A stretch of 64,000 bases of DNA from Octopus sinensis (lineage: Eukaryota): NCBI RefSeq assembly GCF_006345805.1, contig NC_042998.1:15314001-15378000 (forward strand). Direction: 5' to 3'. The first letter of the stretch is position 1. Every line of letters begins with the position of its first letter. The position numbers and the translations under genes were made by a program. The notes under the pieces are model-generated. The model ran no database searches. It worked only from the letters and a program-made list of their open reading frames with translations, and was not told the origin of the DNA. Shown in pieces: positions 41,537 through 54,515 of this stretch.

Positions 41537-41907
41537 TGGAGGCGCAATGGCCCAGTGGTTAGGGCAGCGGACTCGCGGTTTCGATTCCGAGACCGGGCGT
41601 TGTGAGTTTTTATTGAGCCAAAACACCTAAAAGCTCCACGAGGCTCCGGCAGGGAATGGTGGTGATCCCTGCTGTACTCTTTCACCACAACTTTCTCTCA
41701 CTCTTACTTCCTGTTTCTGTTGTACCTGTATTTCAAAGGGCCGGCTTTGTCACTCTCTGTGTCACGCTGAATATCCCGAGAACTACGTTTAGGGTACACG
41801 TGTCTGTGGAGTGCTCAGCCACTTACACGTTAATTTCACGAGCAGGCTGTTCCGTTGATTCGGATCAACCGGAACCCTCGTCGTCGTAACCGACGGAGTT
41901 CTTCCAC
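41537..41907 (+). mobile_element. SINE family C, chimeric junction copy
   Basis: Body and right flank match the 39546 copy; left flank matches the 43527 copy. Confidence 0.92.
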
Positions 41908-43526
41908 AATTACGCGAGGGCTTATTAGTGTCAGTTTGAATGTGAAGCCGGTTTACCAATACAAGTCAATGAGAACTTCTAAATCTAGTTTACTCACCTA
42001 TTATATTATTTATAATTGCTTATATCTCGTTTAACTTAGTACATCGTTTGAAATTGATCACGCAAATAAAATAAGTAATTATGTTGCAAATGATTTCTCC
42101 ATGGTTATTAGCGCTGTCTCTTAATTAAACTGGCTTGAATTGTGAATAATCTCTAGATACAGCTTAAATTAAGCAGTATTTTTATTTTCATATATTTATG
42201 ACACTCTTTATGGAAAAATTGAATGTGGAGTGGCATGAGTCTTCAGTGAAATTATCATACTAATTACAAATCTGATGTTAGTTGATGGTTTAAACAAGAA
42301 ACTAATACTGTAAGTTAGCTAAGTATCTCGAAAATATGACAAGGAAAACTTAGTGCATATGCATATCGAGGGCTGGAAAAAGGAAATTAATTGAGAATAC
42401 AAGCCGCTTAAGTTACTATATTACAACCAATAAGTATTAAATATGAACCAGGCAATACTTCATATGCAAAAGTGTGTATTATTTTATGGTTTTAGTAGTT
42501 TTAATCTTGGGATGCGGTCCTACTGGGCTACCCTCTTTGAAGGATTCACTTGATTACTTGAAACAGAGTATTTGATATTATGATCGCAATAAAAAAAAGA
42601 GACAGCATGGTTTAAAGCTCAATGGCAAATGCAGAACAGACTAAAGCAAGACATTTTATTCGATGCACCAGGTTTTCTTCTGTCTTATCACAGTCGACCT
42701 TCTGTCTCTAAAAGAATATAGCCTTCTGCTTAATGACATAACAATTCCAGAGAATGTTTGGTTTCTGAGATTATCTACCCTTCTCATCTACAGCCGGGCT
42801 TGCACCAGGCGTTTCTTTGCATTCTATTTTAGGTATACCAAGAATTTAACTATTATGGTATTTAATATTATATTATTACTTATTTTTCTTCAAAATTCGT
42901 TTTATTGGCCACTATTAGCCGTTTTTTTTAGCCCATGTTTATTTTAATTATGCCAATTTCCATACGACATAAATATTATCCGCTCGGTTTGTGTATCACT
43001 GAATCTTATATTTGAGGGATTTAAATTAGCAAGACGGCTGTGCTTACGATGCGTTTTGAGATAGAAACAGATGAGTCTACAACTGACCTTTGTACTTTCC
43101 TTTCTCAACTAAATTCCTCATATACGACAGCAACGTTTTGTTCAGCTCACCTGGAAGCGAAGTAAATTTCGATAAAATATCTCGGTTTTCAACATTTTAT
43201 TTTCATTTTTTGTTCAAGTTTATACCACTGGGCACAGTATGAATAATTTTCCACATTCAAATTATGATATTATATATGTATGCTTACATATATGTATGCT
43301 TACATAAGTGTACGTGTGTGTGTGTGTGTGAGAGTGGAAAGTATGTTTGTATAACTGCATGTATGTGAGTCCTTGTGTGTGTACGTGTGTGTGTGTGTTT
43401 GTGCGCCTGTGTTTGTGTGTCTGTATGTGTATACATATATACATACATACATACATACGTACACACATACATACATAGATACATACATACATACATACAT
43501 ACATACATGCATGCATGCGCATACAG

Positions 43527-43910
43527 TGGAGGCGCAATGGCCCGGTGGTTACAGGCAGCGGGCTCGCGGTCGAGGGATTGCGTTTTCGATTCCCAAACCG
43601 GGCGATATGAGTGTTTATTGAGCGAAAACACCTAAAGCCCCAGCAAGCGTCGGCAGGGAGTGGTGGCGAACCCTGCTGTACTATTTCACCACAACTTTCT
43701 CTCACGTTTTCTTCCTGTTTCTGTTGTACCTGTATTTCAAAGGGCCAGCCTTGTCACACACTGTGTCACGCTGAATCCCCCTGAGAACTACGTTAAGAGT
43801 ACACGTGTCTGTGGAGTTCTCAGTCACTTACACAATAATTTTACAATCAGGTTCTTCTGTTGATCGGATCAACTGGATGAAACCTTCGTCGTCGTAACCG
43901 ACGGGGTGCC
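43527..43910 (+). mobile_element. SINE family C, more diverged copy
   Basis: Homologous throughout, with many substitutions. Confidence 0.9.
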
Positions 43911-44248
43911 ACGACACACATACATACAAGCGTATGTCAATAGGCATTGCTTTGTTGGGCTCCATATCATTAAGTCATAAGTTTGATTTCTTGACTGTAC
44001 CGTATACACGAACAGGACACTTCAGCTTTTGTTCTTTTAGCCAACTTCACTCAACTGACTACTGGTACATCGCACCTTCCTTTCACCTGTCACATTTGAA
44101 ATTTGTTGACCGTTCCGAGACTGGAAGGACAAAGAGACGCCATCCCTATCTACACGCGACTACCTTGACAAATAAAGCAATTAGCAACAGCATAGCACAA
44201 ATCCATACTCGCTTGCCGAGTGGTATGTGTGTGTATGTGTTATGTCTT

Positions 44249-44481
44249 AAGGCGGCGAGTTGGCAGAAACGTTAGCACGCCGGGCGAAATGCTTCGCGAT
44301 ATTTCGTCTGCCGTTACGTTGTGAGTTCAAATTCCGCCGAGGTCGACTTTGCCTTTCATCCTTTCGGGGTCGATAAATTAAGTACCAGTTACGCACTGGG
44401 GTCGATGTAATCGACTTAATCCCTTTGTCTGTCCTTGTTTGTCCCCTCTGTGTTTAGCCCCTTGTGGGTAGTAAAGAAATA
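44249..44481 (+). mobile_element. SINE family A, full monomer
   Basis: Nearly identical to 9874-10096. Confidence 0.95.
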
Positions 44482-46052
44482 GGTGTGTGTGTGTGTATGT
44501 GTCTGTGTGTGCATGTGTGTGTGTGTATTTAAGTATACACACGCAATTATTTCACAAATATTGAGAAATTTTCTAGCTGTATTCCTCAACTTTATATATA
44601 TATATTCACAGAAGCTCACATGTACAAACTTTGCAGTTGCGTTAATGTTATCTGTTTAAAACGAAAACTAAGAAGATACTTATAAGCCTATATGTACAAC
44701 AATGTATATATCTGCAGATATATATTCAAGTATTGGAGAACTTTTAAACAAAACTCTGAAAAAGTAACCAGTAACTAATTTATTTATCAAACGAATTATT
44801 TTTGGAGTATTTGATATGTCTACAACTTGGTTAAAGTACATGAGTTTGTCATGGTTTGTAAGCAGTACCTGTACGGAAAGTTAATAATGGTTCTCACTTT
44901 CAGCTAAAACTTAAATAATCCAGTCGATCGCGACTGTCCTGGCCATGAAGATATTTTATATACTGACAAATCATTTATATCTCTCCATACGTACTGGAAT
45001 GGGTTAAAAGAACAATACTGCATTTCACACTGTTTGTCAGTATACATGACTATAGAGACATGTATACTTATATATAAAGAAAATATGCATTCATTTATTC
45101 GTAAACGCATTCGTACACAGGAATAAGATCATTCACACTAAAACACGGAAACACTTCATATGCACAGTGGATGAAAAGGAAAAAACAAACATAGAATAAG
45201 ATATACCTTGAAACAATCCAAAGCATATAGAAAAATGGTTAAAAACAAGAACAGACAACATTACGAAAAGAACAACAAGAACATCAACGACCATCTAGAA
45301 TTTCCTTTATCGTATAATCTCTTACTTCACATCTTTGATGGCATATGTTAAGTCTGAGCCAATAAACTGGCTGTATATTTTCGGCAAGAGCTGTAGTAAA
45401 TATGGTGTATCTGTATTAAGTACACTCAGATGATGTTCACTGTGGTTCTTAGTAAATGTGCCATTATCTCATAATCATTCTCATACAGGTAGCATGAGCA
45501 ATACACACTCCTGTGTCATGCACTTTTATTACCTATTACTTTCACATCACACTTGCCTTGCATCTTACAACCTGCTCTTTATTTCATACTTCGTATTTAC
45601 TTCCTCTCGTAGGAAATTAACTGAAATATATTGCTTAGTGAAGAACTTTGTATTACGTTTAATGTTTCCACTTGGTAATAACCAGCAATTCTGTACTAAA
45701 GCCTCACTACACATGTAATATATACATGCGTATATACATTCACTCATACACATGCACGCATACTCATACACATGCACGCATACTCATACACACGCGGATA
45801 CTTGTACACACGTTCACTCAGACACACACACATATTAATGTGGTGAAAATATGCAAGTTCTCTACTCAGAAAGGAGACAATACACGAATGCTGATTCAAA
45901 ATTCTTTTATTTAGTTTAAATTTGTCAGCAAGTTCGAAGTTTATCTGCTTCCGGTTAGTCAAACTATAGGATAGAATTATTTGAAAATGATCTACGTATT
46001 AAATGAAGGGAAAATATTTTAAGAGAGTAAACGCTATAATTAGATGATTAAT

Positions 46053-46200
46053 GGCGCAGGTATGTCTGTGTGGTAAGAAGCTTGCTTCCCAACCATATGG
46101 TTGCGGGTTCAGTCCCATTGCGTAGCACCTTGAATAAATGCCCGCCTACTATAAACCACGGGCAGACCAAAATGTTGTCGATGAAAGAAGCCCGTCGTAT
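46053..46200 (+). mobile_element. SINE family B, diverged 5' half
   Basis: GGCGCAGG..GTGGTAAGAAGCTTGC..GGTTCAGTCCC..GAAAGAAGCCCGTCG. Confidence 0.75.
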
Positions 46201-46340
46201 ATATGTATATGTGTGTGAGTGTGTGTGTAAGGAGAATGAGGAGAATAAAAAATTTCAACAAACTTAATGATTATTTCCAGTTAGTGAATTCATAATGTGT
46301 GTGTGTATAAATATATGTGTGTGTGTGTGTGTGTATGTAT

Positions 46341-46406
<66 letters not shown>

Positions 46407-46632
46407 TATATATATATACACGCACACACATACACCCACACATATATATGTACGCTTGCGTGCGTGCGTGTGTGTGTGCTTATGCGCGTGTGTAGGTGTG
46501 TGCAAATGATTGATCCACTACTTCACAGACACAATAAACTAAGAAATATTCGTACTGCCTTAAAAAATAGCAGCATTTAACTTTGACATAATCAGTGTAA
46601 TGTTATTCGTAGCCATCATTGATAAAATATAT

Positions 46633-47040
46633 AGGCGCAGGAGTGGCTGTGTGGTAAGTAGCTTGCTAACCAGCCACATGGTTCCGGGTTCAGTCCCACT
46701 GCACAGCATCTTGGGCAAGTGTCTTCTGCTATTGCCCCGGGCCGACCAATGCCTTGTGAGTGGATTTGGTAGACGGAAACTGAAAGAAGCCTGTCGTATA
46801 TATGTATTATATATATATATGTGTATGTGTGTAGGTTTCTGTGTCTGTTTGTCCCCCTAGCATTGCTTGACAACCGATGCTGGTGTGTCTACGTCCCCGC
46901 CACTTAGCGGTTCGGCAAAAGAGTCCGATAGAATAAGTACTGGGCTTAGAAAGAATAAGTCCCGGGGTCGATTTGCTCGACTAAAGGCGGTGCTCCAGCA
47001 TGGCTGCAGTCAAATGACTGAAACAAGTAAAAGAATAAAA
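46633..47040 (+). mobile_element. SINE family B, full length
   Basis: Complete head, core and tail. Confidence 0.93.
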
Positions 47041-47701
47041 GAAAAAAAGAATACTGCAAAAACTCAGCTCTTAATCTTAAAAAGTAACTACTCCATTCCT
47101 AATAATGTCCCTGTTCAGAGACAAAGATTAACCAAAGAATCTGGTACCCACCACCTCTGCAAATACATCGAGCAAAAGTCTAGAGTTATTCAACACAAAT
47201 CTAGATTTGAAAACCAAAATTCATTTTAAAAATCCACCGAAAATGATATCATCATTAATATGGAACATGAAAAACTATTAAACAGTTAAATTAAAATTCA
47301 GGTCTTATATATAAATGTGGATACATACCATAAAATTAATGAGATTTCCAAACACATAGACTTTCTAAGTATTTAGCTAACAAGCACGTACATTTTAAAT
47401 ATTTCTCGCGAAAAAATTTGTATCAGTTTTATATTATTTCAACTTTAAATTTATCCTGTATATTTATTTTCTTTAAAATTTACCTCGGTGTAATTCTTTC
47501 TTTTTCTCTCAACAGCCTCTCTTTGGTGTGTATTTGAGTTGTAGTAAGTTAATGCTACTAAAAGATTAAGTCTGACTGCCTGTATGTTGTTGAATACTCT
47601 TGAAATGGGATTATGGTCGTCGTGTCGGTATTAATTTCGAATTGAATTCGGATGAATTTTTGAAAAGGTTTAATTATGAATAGAATACAGAAAAAAAAAA
47701 A

Positions 47702-47853
47702 TGTGTGTGGTAAGTAGCTTGCTAACCAACCACATGGTTCCGGGTTCAGTCCCACTGCGTGGCATCTTGGGCAAGTGTCTTCTGCTATAGCCCCGGGCCG
47801 ACCAATGCCTGTGAGTGGATTTGGTAGACGGAAACTGAAAGAAGCCCGTCGTA

Positions 47854-47897
<44 letters not shown>

Positions 47898-48130
47898 CGT
47901 GTGTGTGTTTGTGTGTCTGTGTTTGTCCCCCTAGCATTGCTTGACAACCGATGCTGGTGTGTTTACGTCCCCGTAACTTAGCGGTTCGGCAAAAAGAGAC
48001 CGATAGAATAAGTACTGGGCTTACAAAGAATAAGTCCCGGGGTCGATTTGTTCGACTAAAGGCGGTGCTCCAGCATGGCCGCAGTCAAATGACTGAAACA
48101 AGTAAAAGAGTAAAAGAGTAAAGAGTGAGA
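47702..48130 (+). mobile_element. SINE family B, near full length
   Basis: Ends in (GTAAAAGA)n. Confidence 0.93.
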
Positions 48131-48339
48131 GAGAATACAGAAAAAAATGAACAGGCAATTTAAAATTCAGATATTGGAGCGTGTATAATTTGATAATTAC
48201 CATTTTACATGTATATCGATATATCATTTATACTGAGTGTAGAAATCAGTGTGACGATTTTGCAGATAGGTGTCTATGTATCTTTGGGAGTACAAATATT
48301 TTGGTAAACGTACATACTTCAAGAGTACGTACAGTAATC

Positions 48340-48540
48340 AGGCGGCGAATTGGAAGAATCGTTAGCACACCGGGTAAAAGATCTCGAGGCATTCCTCATC
48401 AGTTCAAATTCCACCGGAGTCGACTTTGCTTTTTTATCCTTCCGAGGTCGATACATTAAATACAAGTTAAGCACTGGGTGTGATTTAATCGACACCCCTT
48501 CAACATAATTGCTGGCCCTGTGACAAAATGTAAAACCAAT
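48340..48540 (+). mobile_element. Diverged SINE family A
   Basis: GGCGGCGAATTGG..AGTTCAAATTCC..GTCGACTTTGC. Confidence 0.75.
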
Positions 48541-48939
48541 ATTAAGCACGGCAATTTTAGATGTTTAGGACAACCTATAGCTTCGACGTATTAAATCATT
48601 TTGATTGCTGGTTGTAGTGAAACATACTGATGTATATTGACTGCTGTGCCTTTTGGCAGCTTGTTAGAAGTAACATACTTGTGCAGGATTTACCTTATTT
48701 TACTTTATATATTAAGCTTTTCCGTATTTCAGCACACACCTACACAAAGTTTAATATAATGTTCACAAAAGAAAATTAATCTTTCAAGGCGTAGTTAAAC
48801 ATTTAAAAAGTTAACTCGTGACGTTTGCCTACTCATATTTATTTTCCAATAAAATGTTTTAGACTGTGTAATCCCAATATTTCATGCCCAGGTCCCTACA
48901 TCGAACGTCTTATACTTATGTATCCCGTATCATTTTCTT

Positions 48940-49157
48940 TCTCTTTTTTACTTGTTTCAGTCATTTGACTGTGGCCATGCTGGAGCACCGCCTTTTAGTC
49001 GAGCAAATCGACCACAGGACTTATTCTTTGTAAGCCTAGTACTTAATCTATCAGGCTCTTTTGCCGAACCGCTAAGTAACGGGGACGTAAACATACCAGC
49101 ATCGGTTGTCAAGCGATGTTGGGGGGACAAACACAAACACACACATATATATACATA

Positions 49158-49202
<45 letters not shown>

Positions 49203-49365
49203 GATAGGCTTCTTTCAGTTTCCGTCTACCAAATCCACTCACAAGGCTTTGGTCGGCCCGAGGCTATAGTAGAAGACACTTTCGCAAGGTGCCACGCAGT
49301 GGGACTGAACTCGGAACCGTGTGATCGGTAAGCAGGCTACTTACCACACAGCCACTCCTGCGCCT
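48940..49365 (-). mobile_element. SINE family B, full length
   Basis: Reverse complement of the 47702-48130 type. Confidence 0.93.
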
Positions 49366-50755
49366 TCACACAATCCCTTCATTAGTTCCTAATATTGAAA
49401 ATTACACTTTCTCTCCCACCCGAATGCCCCAAACTGGTTGACTCAATACGAAATGAATTAAAATATCTTTATCCTTCATTAGCTTTCTTTCGTAAAAAAG
49501 AAAACTGCCTCCACTTCAACATTCCGTCCTCCATAACGGGAATAAATTCCAGAGTCCAGAGCTTTCCTTCCCTGATATTCTATTCTGAAGCTCACTGAAC
49601 TATTTTCTCCTTCATCTTGAAAATTATCAATAATACCCTTTATTCTGTATAACATTTTATTATTTCACTCCCATTATTTTAAGAGTTCTCTTTACTCTCT
49701 TATATATCACATAGATACGACAATTTTGCTTGTATATACTGGCAACGTATGCTTTCAAAGTTATTGCATAATTTTGCCTGAGAGAAGGCGGCAATAATTA
49801 TACGTATGGATTGTAAGAATATAATCGCATTACCTCATTACTACTTTGTACACAGACATGGCCTGCTGCTACTTGAAATTATCTCTGTTTTGCTTATCAT
49901 GCCTGCTTGTATACCTGCAGGCCTCTCAAGAATTTTCATGTTTCGCTAACTTTGATTGGTTATGATTCTGTTTTACAATTTTTTTTTTATCTCAGGCGCT
50001 ACTGATAATTTCCAACTTCATCTTCTATTTTCCTTTTTATATTTTCATTCTTCTGCAACCCAGACACCAGAAAATCAAACATCCAATTTACGCACATTCG
50101 TATCAAATTATTTTCTCTTAAGTTGATACGTAAACACCGAGCTGATAATTCAATATTAGAGTTTGCTAAACCAGTATCAACGTAACTTGGTCGTCACTGT
50201 CAGCTAAAATATTAAAGATAATTAGGAATATATAAACGGATACTAAAACACAAACTTATAGACATATTATATAATATATACCTGAGTTCGTGCGCGCACG
50301 TGTGTGTATATGAATATAAGCAAACATTTACTTGCATAAATATATATGTGTATGTGTGTGTGTAAACCTGTATAAAAGTATGTATTAATGGTACCTTTAA
50401 TATACTTCTACTGTTTGCAGGAGAAATTTTCTTCTGTGCATTTTGCTTTTCAGAAGAACGTGTGCGTTCATGCGAGCAGCCATCACGCAAATACCTTGTC
50501 AACAAGCTGAATAATGTACAACAATTTAAATGTCTATTACGTAAAATTTTACAATGCAATTAAACATTTATATTCCCCAGCTAAAACAAAATTTCAGTTT
50601 TACACTTGAAAAATTTGTGTTCGCACATGTAATGCATTTTGTGCACAATTGCAAACGTTAATGTGAACATTGATATGTATGTAGTATTTATAAGTAAATA
50701 TACATACATACACACACATATATATATATATATACATACATACATATATTTATAT

Positions 50756-50827
<72 letters not shown>

Positions 50828-50863
50828 TTATATATATATATATATATATACATACATATATAT

Positions 50864-50896
<33 letters not shown>

Positions 50897-51383
50897 CATA
50901 CATACTTACATACATACATATATATATATATATACATACATACTTACATAAATATATATATACATGCATATGGATATACATATGTATATATGGATGCATA
51001 CATCACACACGTAATCATACACACACAAGCACACGCATGCACACAGAGACACATACACTCATACACACATACATACACAAATACACAACCATACACATAC
51101 AGTTTGATAGGTGCTAATGCGCGAAACTCCCGCCCTTACTGTCACTGTTGTTTTTGCTACATATTGGTTTCAAATTTTGCTACGGGACCAACCAATTCAT
51201 GGGAAGGGTTAAGTTACTAACATCGACAGCAGTATTCGACTGTATTTATTTTATCGACAGCAAAAGGATGAAAGGCAAAGTAGACCTCGGCCGAGTGTTT
51301 AAGGGCGGACGCAAGGCGCAGCAATTTCCTCTGATAAGGATACTTCTTTTGAAATATTAATACATACATACATAGATACATAC

Positions 51384-53733
51384 AAACTCCAGAATGGAAA
51401 AACACCTTGAAGAGACATGATTGTTGAATATTGGTACAAGAAGCTAACATTCTACCGACCTAGCTGTGGCAGAGACAAAATTGACCCCAAAATTCAGAAC
51501 ACGCAATTGGGAAGAAGGGTGTCATGGGGATGTGCCGACCAATTGCAAATCTAAAACACTATGATGTCAGAGGTGCGAGAGCATAGGAGGAACTTAGTTT
51601 CAATGTGGCTAGATTACAAGAAAGCCTTTCACTCTGTTCCCCACTCACGGATGTTAGAAGCCCTTCAACTTGCTAAAGTTCCATTGAGAATAGTCAAAGC
51701 CATTGCTGACTTGACATCATCGTGAGCTACCATCTTGAAATTAAATACAAAGAATCACTGTATTATCACCGATAGAATACAATATCGGAAAGGCATATTC
51801 CAAGGAGACAGCCTCTCTCTGATGTTGTTTATACTTTCTGTAAACCCCTTGTCATTCATGTTAAGGAGGTCTGAAGGATATCTCACTGGTTCACAAGGAA
51901 ACAGAAATATCAAAATTGCATACTGTGCTTTTCTGGATGATTAAAACTTTATACAAAGAATATGCATGAGATAAAAAGGAGCATTGACCTAGTTGCAACA
52001 TTCTCAAACGATGTAGGGTTGGAGTTTGGTCAGGATAAATGTTGTTATATGGTTGTGAAAAGTGGGAAAACTATAAACCAGACTAGCATTTCCGTCAATG
52101 ATCTGACTGTTTCCCATGTAGCTGACGAGGAATGTTACAGGTATCTAAGGGTAGATGAAAATATATCTTACAGTGGCACCTGTAACAAAATGCGTGCCAC
52201 TAAAGAATATTACAGCCAAATAAAGAAAATTGGACCTCAGAACTCCCTGCATTCAATAAAATAGTGGCCCAAAATGTGTTTGCAGTGCCAGTAATCATAC
52301 TAAAATTTGGGTTGCTTAATTGGACGCTTGATGAGTTTCGAGCCATTGATGTGAAAGCCCGAAAAATACTAGCATGCACGCATAATTTCCCCATAAGCAG
52401 TGGTGTAGAACCGCCTCTTCCTAAAACGTAAATAAGGCAGCAGAAGCTCAACATCGATCCAAAATGTCTATGAACGTCGTATCATTTCCCTTCGGTGACA
52501 TATTTTAACCACGAAGCGTCGACGTGTATTCCTTGACCAAGTTTGCATATATGAAGCTGATCACATTAAGGAGTGTATCTCACAGGTTCACAAGGAAACA
52601 GAAATATCAAAATTACACAGTGTTTTTGTTGATGACTTATAACTTTATACAAAGAATATGCATGAGATAGAAAGGAGCATTTACCTAGTTGCAACATTTT
52701 CAAAAGATGTAGGGTTGGAGTTTGGTCAGGATAAATGTTGTTGGAAGGCAGCTTCTTGAGCAACACTCTTTGTCTGATAACCCAGAATACATGCCCAGAG
52801 AAGTCGCACGACTCTAACGCAACATATGAGATGAAAGGATGAGCCTATATGAGCAGAAGACTATCCATGGATATGTTAGTAGTAAACTCCGTGATGACCG
52901 TAATATCGATCATCAAATCAGTTTATCACAGACGAATAGCCGGATTATTGTCTTCCACTTTGAAGGGTATGTGTTTGCAATCTAGGAACAGGAGATATCA
53001 ACTAAGTACCTGATGCCTAGAAGGGATACAGATACGGGAAAAGCCGTAAAATGTGACAACCGATGCAGACTTTGTGGAGTTCACACTGAAGAGAGATATC
53101 ACTCACATCATAAGCAGTTGCCTGAAAATGTCATCACAGTATTATCTGCCAATGAGACATGACGTTGTAACTAGGACACTCTATAATGAAATCCGTCAGA
53201 AGAATAATCCCGTGGACAAAGAAATGAAAACCCACAATGTGGTAGAAGCCATAGACATACATGATGAAAGGGAATACTGGTGGAGTGTACCAGTGAAGAC
53301 CTCGATAAAATGTAAGCACAACAGATCTAATATTTTGGGATAGAGAAGAGAAACTGTGCACAGTTGTGGAAATTAGCTGCCCAGCAGATCTTAACATAAC
53401 ACTGAAGATCAATGAAAGAGAAAACCCCTATGCTGAACAATTGAGAAATCTGCTGTTACTCTATCCAGATTACAAGTTCAGGTTTATACCTGCAATTATT
53501 GTGGTCCTGGGATATATAACACACTGTCTAAGTACCAATCTTGAGAAATTTGGCTTCTCGAAATCAGAAAGCAGAAAGCTAATTCGAAGGCTACAGATCC
53601 AATCCATCACTGGAACCATAAAAATCTGTAAAACTTTCCAGAAGTTTATCATTTAAATATGTATGAGCCTGTCTAGATATATAACGCTATGCATGAGAAT
53701 ACATACATAAAACATACAAATCTGTACATACAT
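51384..53733 (+). mobile_element. R4/Dong-like RLE retrotransposon, family 4, degenerate, flanked by (TACA)n
   Basis: WLDYKKAFHSVPH, KGIFQGDSLS, FLDD, CRLCG..HIISSC..RHDVV, VEISCPADLN. TACATACATAC at 51361-51383; tail TACATACATAAAACATAC..TACATACAT. Confidence 0.9.
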
Positions 53734-54398
53734 TATGGCTGCCCCTTCATTATCGAATATGGCCATTGCACGAGGCATAATTATCGGTGCTGTGATCGAA
53801 TGTGACTTTTTAGCCCAGGCAAAAAAGATCTACAATGTCTTGTACAGAAGTGGTAGCTAAAACCTTTACCAGCAATAGCCGGCTGTAGTTGTAATTGAGC
53901 TTCATGTACCTTTGCATGTCGTTTACGTCCTCCTGCCGAATTACACTCTCTTCCACATGCCCGACAGATATGATTAGTATGGTGTGTAGCACCACCATCA
54001 GCGACCTGGTTGTCACACATCGGTCTCGCTTTATGAGTACGAAGATGACTCGTGAGTCAAGCTTTACTGAGGCAGGGTGTTGCATATACACTGCATGTCA
54101 GCATCATAGGAAGACCCTTACCATCTCGAAGTGCATCAGCGATGCCCTTCCTGACATCTCTCCTTACTTTCTCATGCGCAACTCGAGATTTCTCAAAAGT
54201 AGCTGTCTCCTCGTACACAGTCCTTCTCCACCTGCTACGGTCAATAGCTATGTCCTCCCATGTGTTAGGGGAGATGCTAGAATCTCTTAAGGAAGCCTTC
54301 AGCAAGTCTTTATTCCTCTATTTTGGTTTATGTGGAGGTCGTTCTCCATAAAAGAGATGTTTTGGCATCCTTGAATCTTTCATCCTGACCAGATGACC

Positions 54399-54400
<2 letters not shown>
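53734..54400 (-). mobile_element. RTE-like LINE 3' end with C2H2 zinc fingers
   Basis: GHLVRMKDSRMPKHLFYGE, WEDIAIDRSRWRRTV are RTE C-terminal motifs, followed by three C2H2-like repeats. Confidence 0.88.
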
Positions 54401-54471
<71 letters not shown>

Positions 54472-54483
54472 TACATACATACA

Positions 54484-54515
<32 letters not shown>

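Larger units (their letters stand above)
39546..43526 (+). repeat. Direct tandem duplication, two units of about 1990 bp (39546-41536, 41537-43526)
   Basis: Identical ORFs at 40673 and 42663. Only three differences noticed by eye. Confidence 0.97.

Noticed and set aside
45593-50520. Further acceptor-led exon candidates (about 45593, 45930, 50455 on +; about 47150 and 49600 on -)
   Set aside because: Individually plausible, but expected by chance in AT-rich DNA and not linkable by phase into a model.
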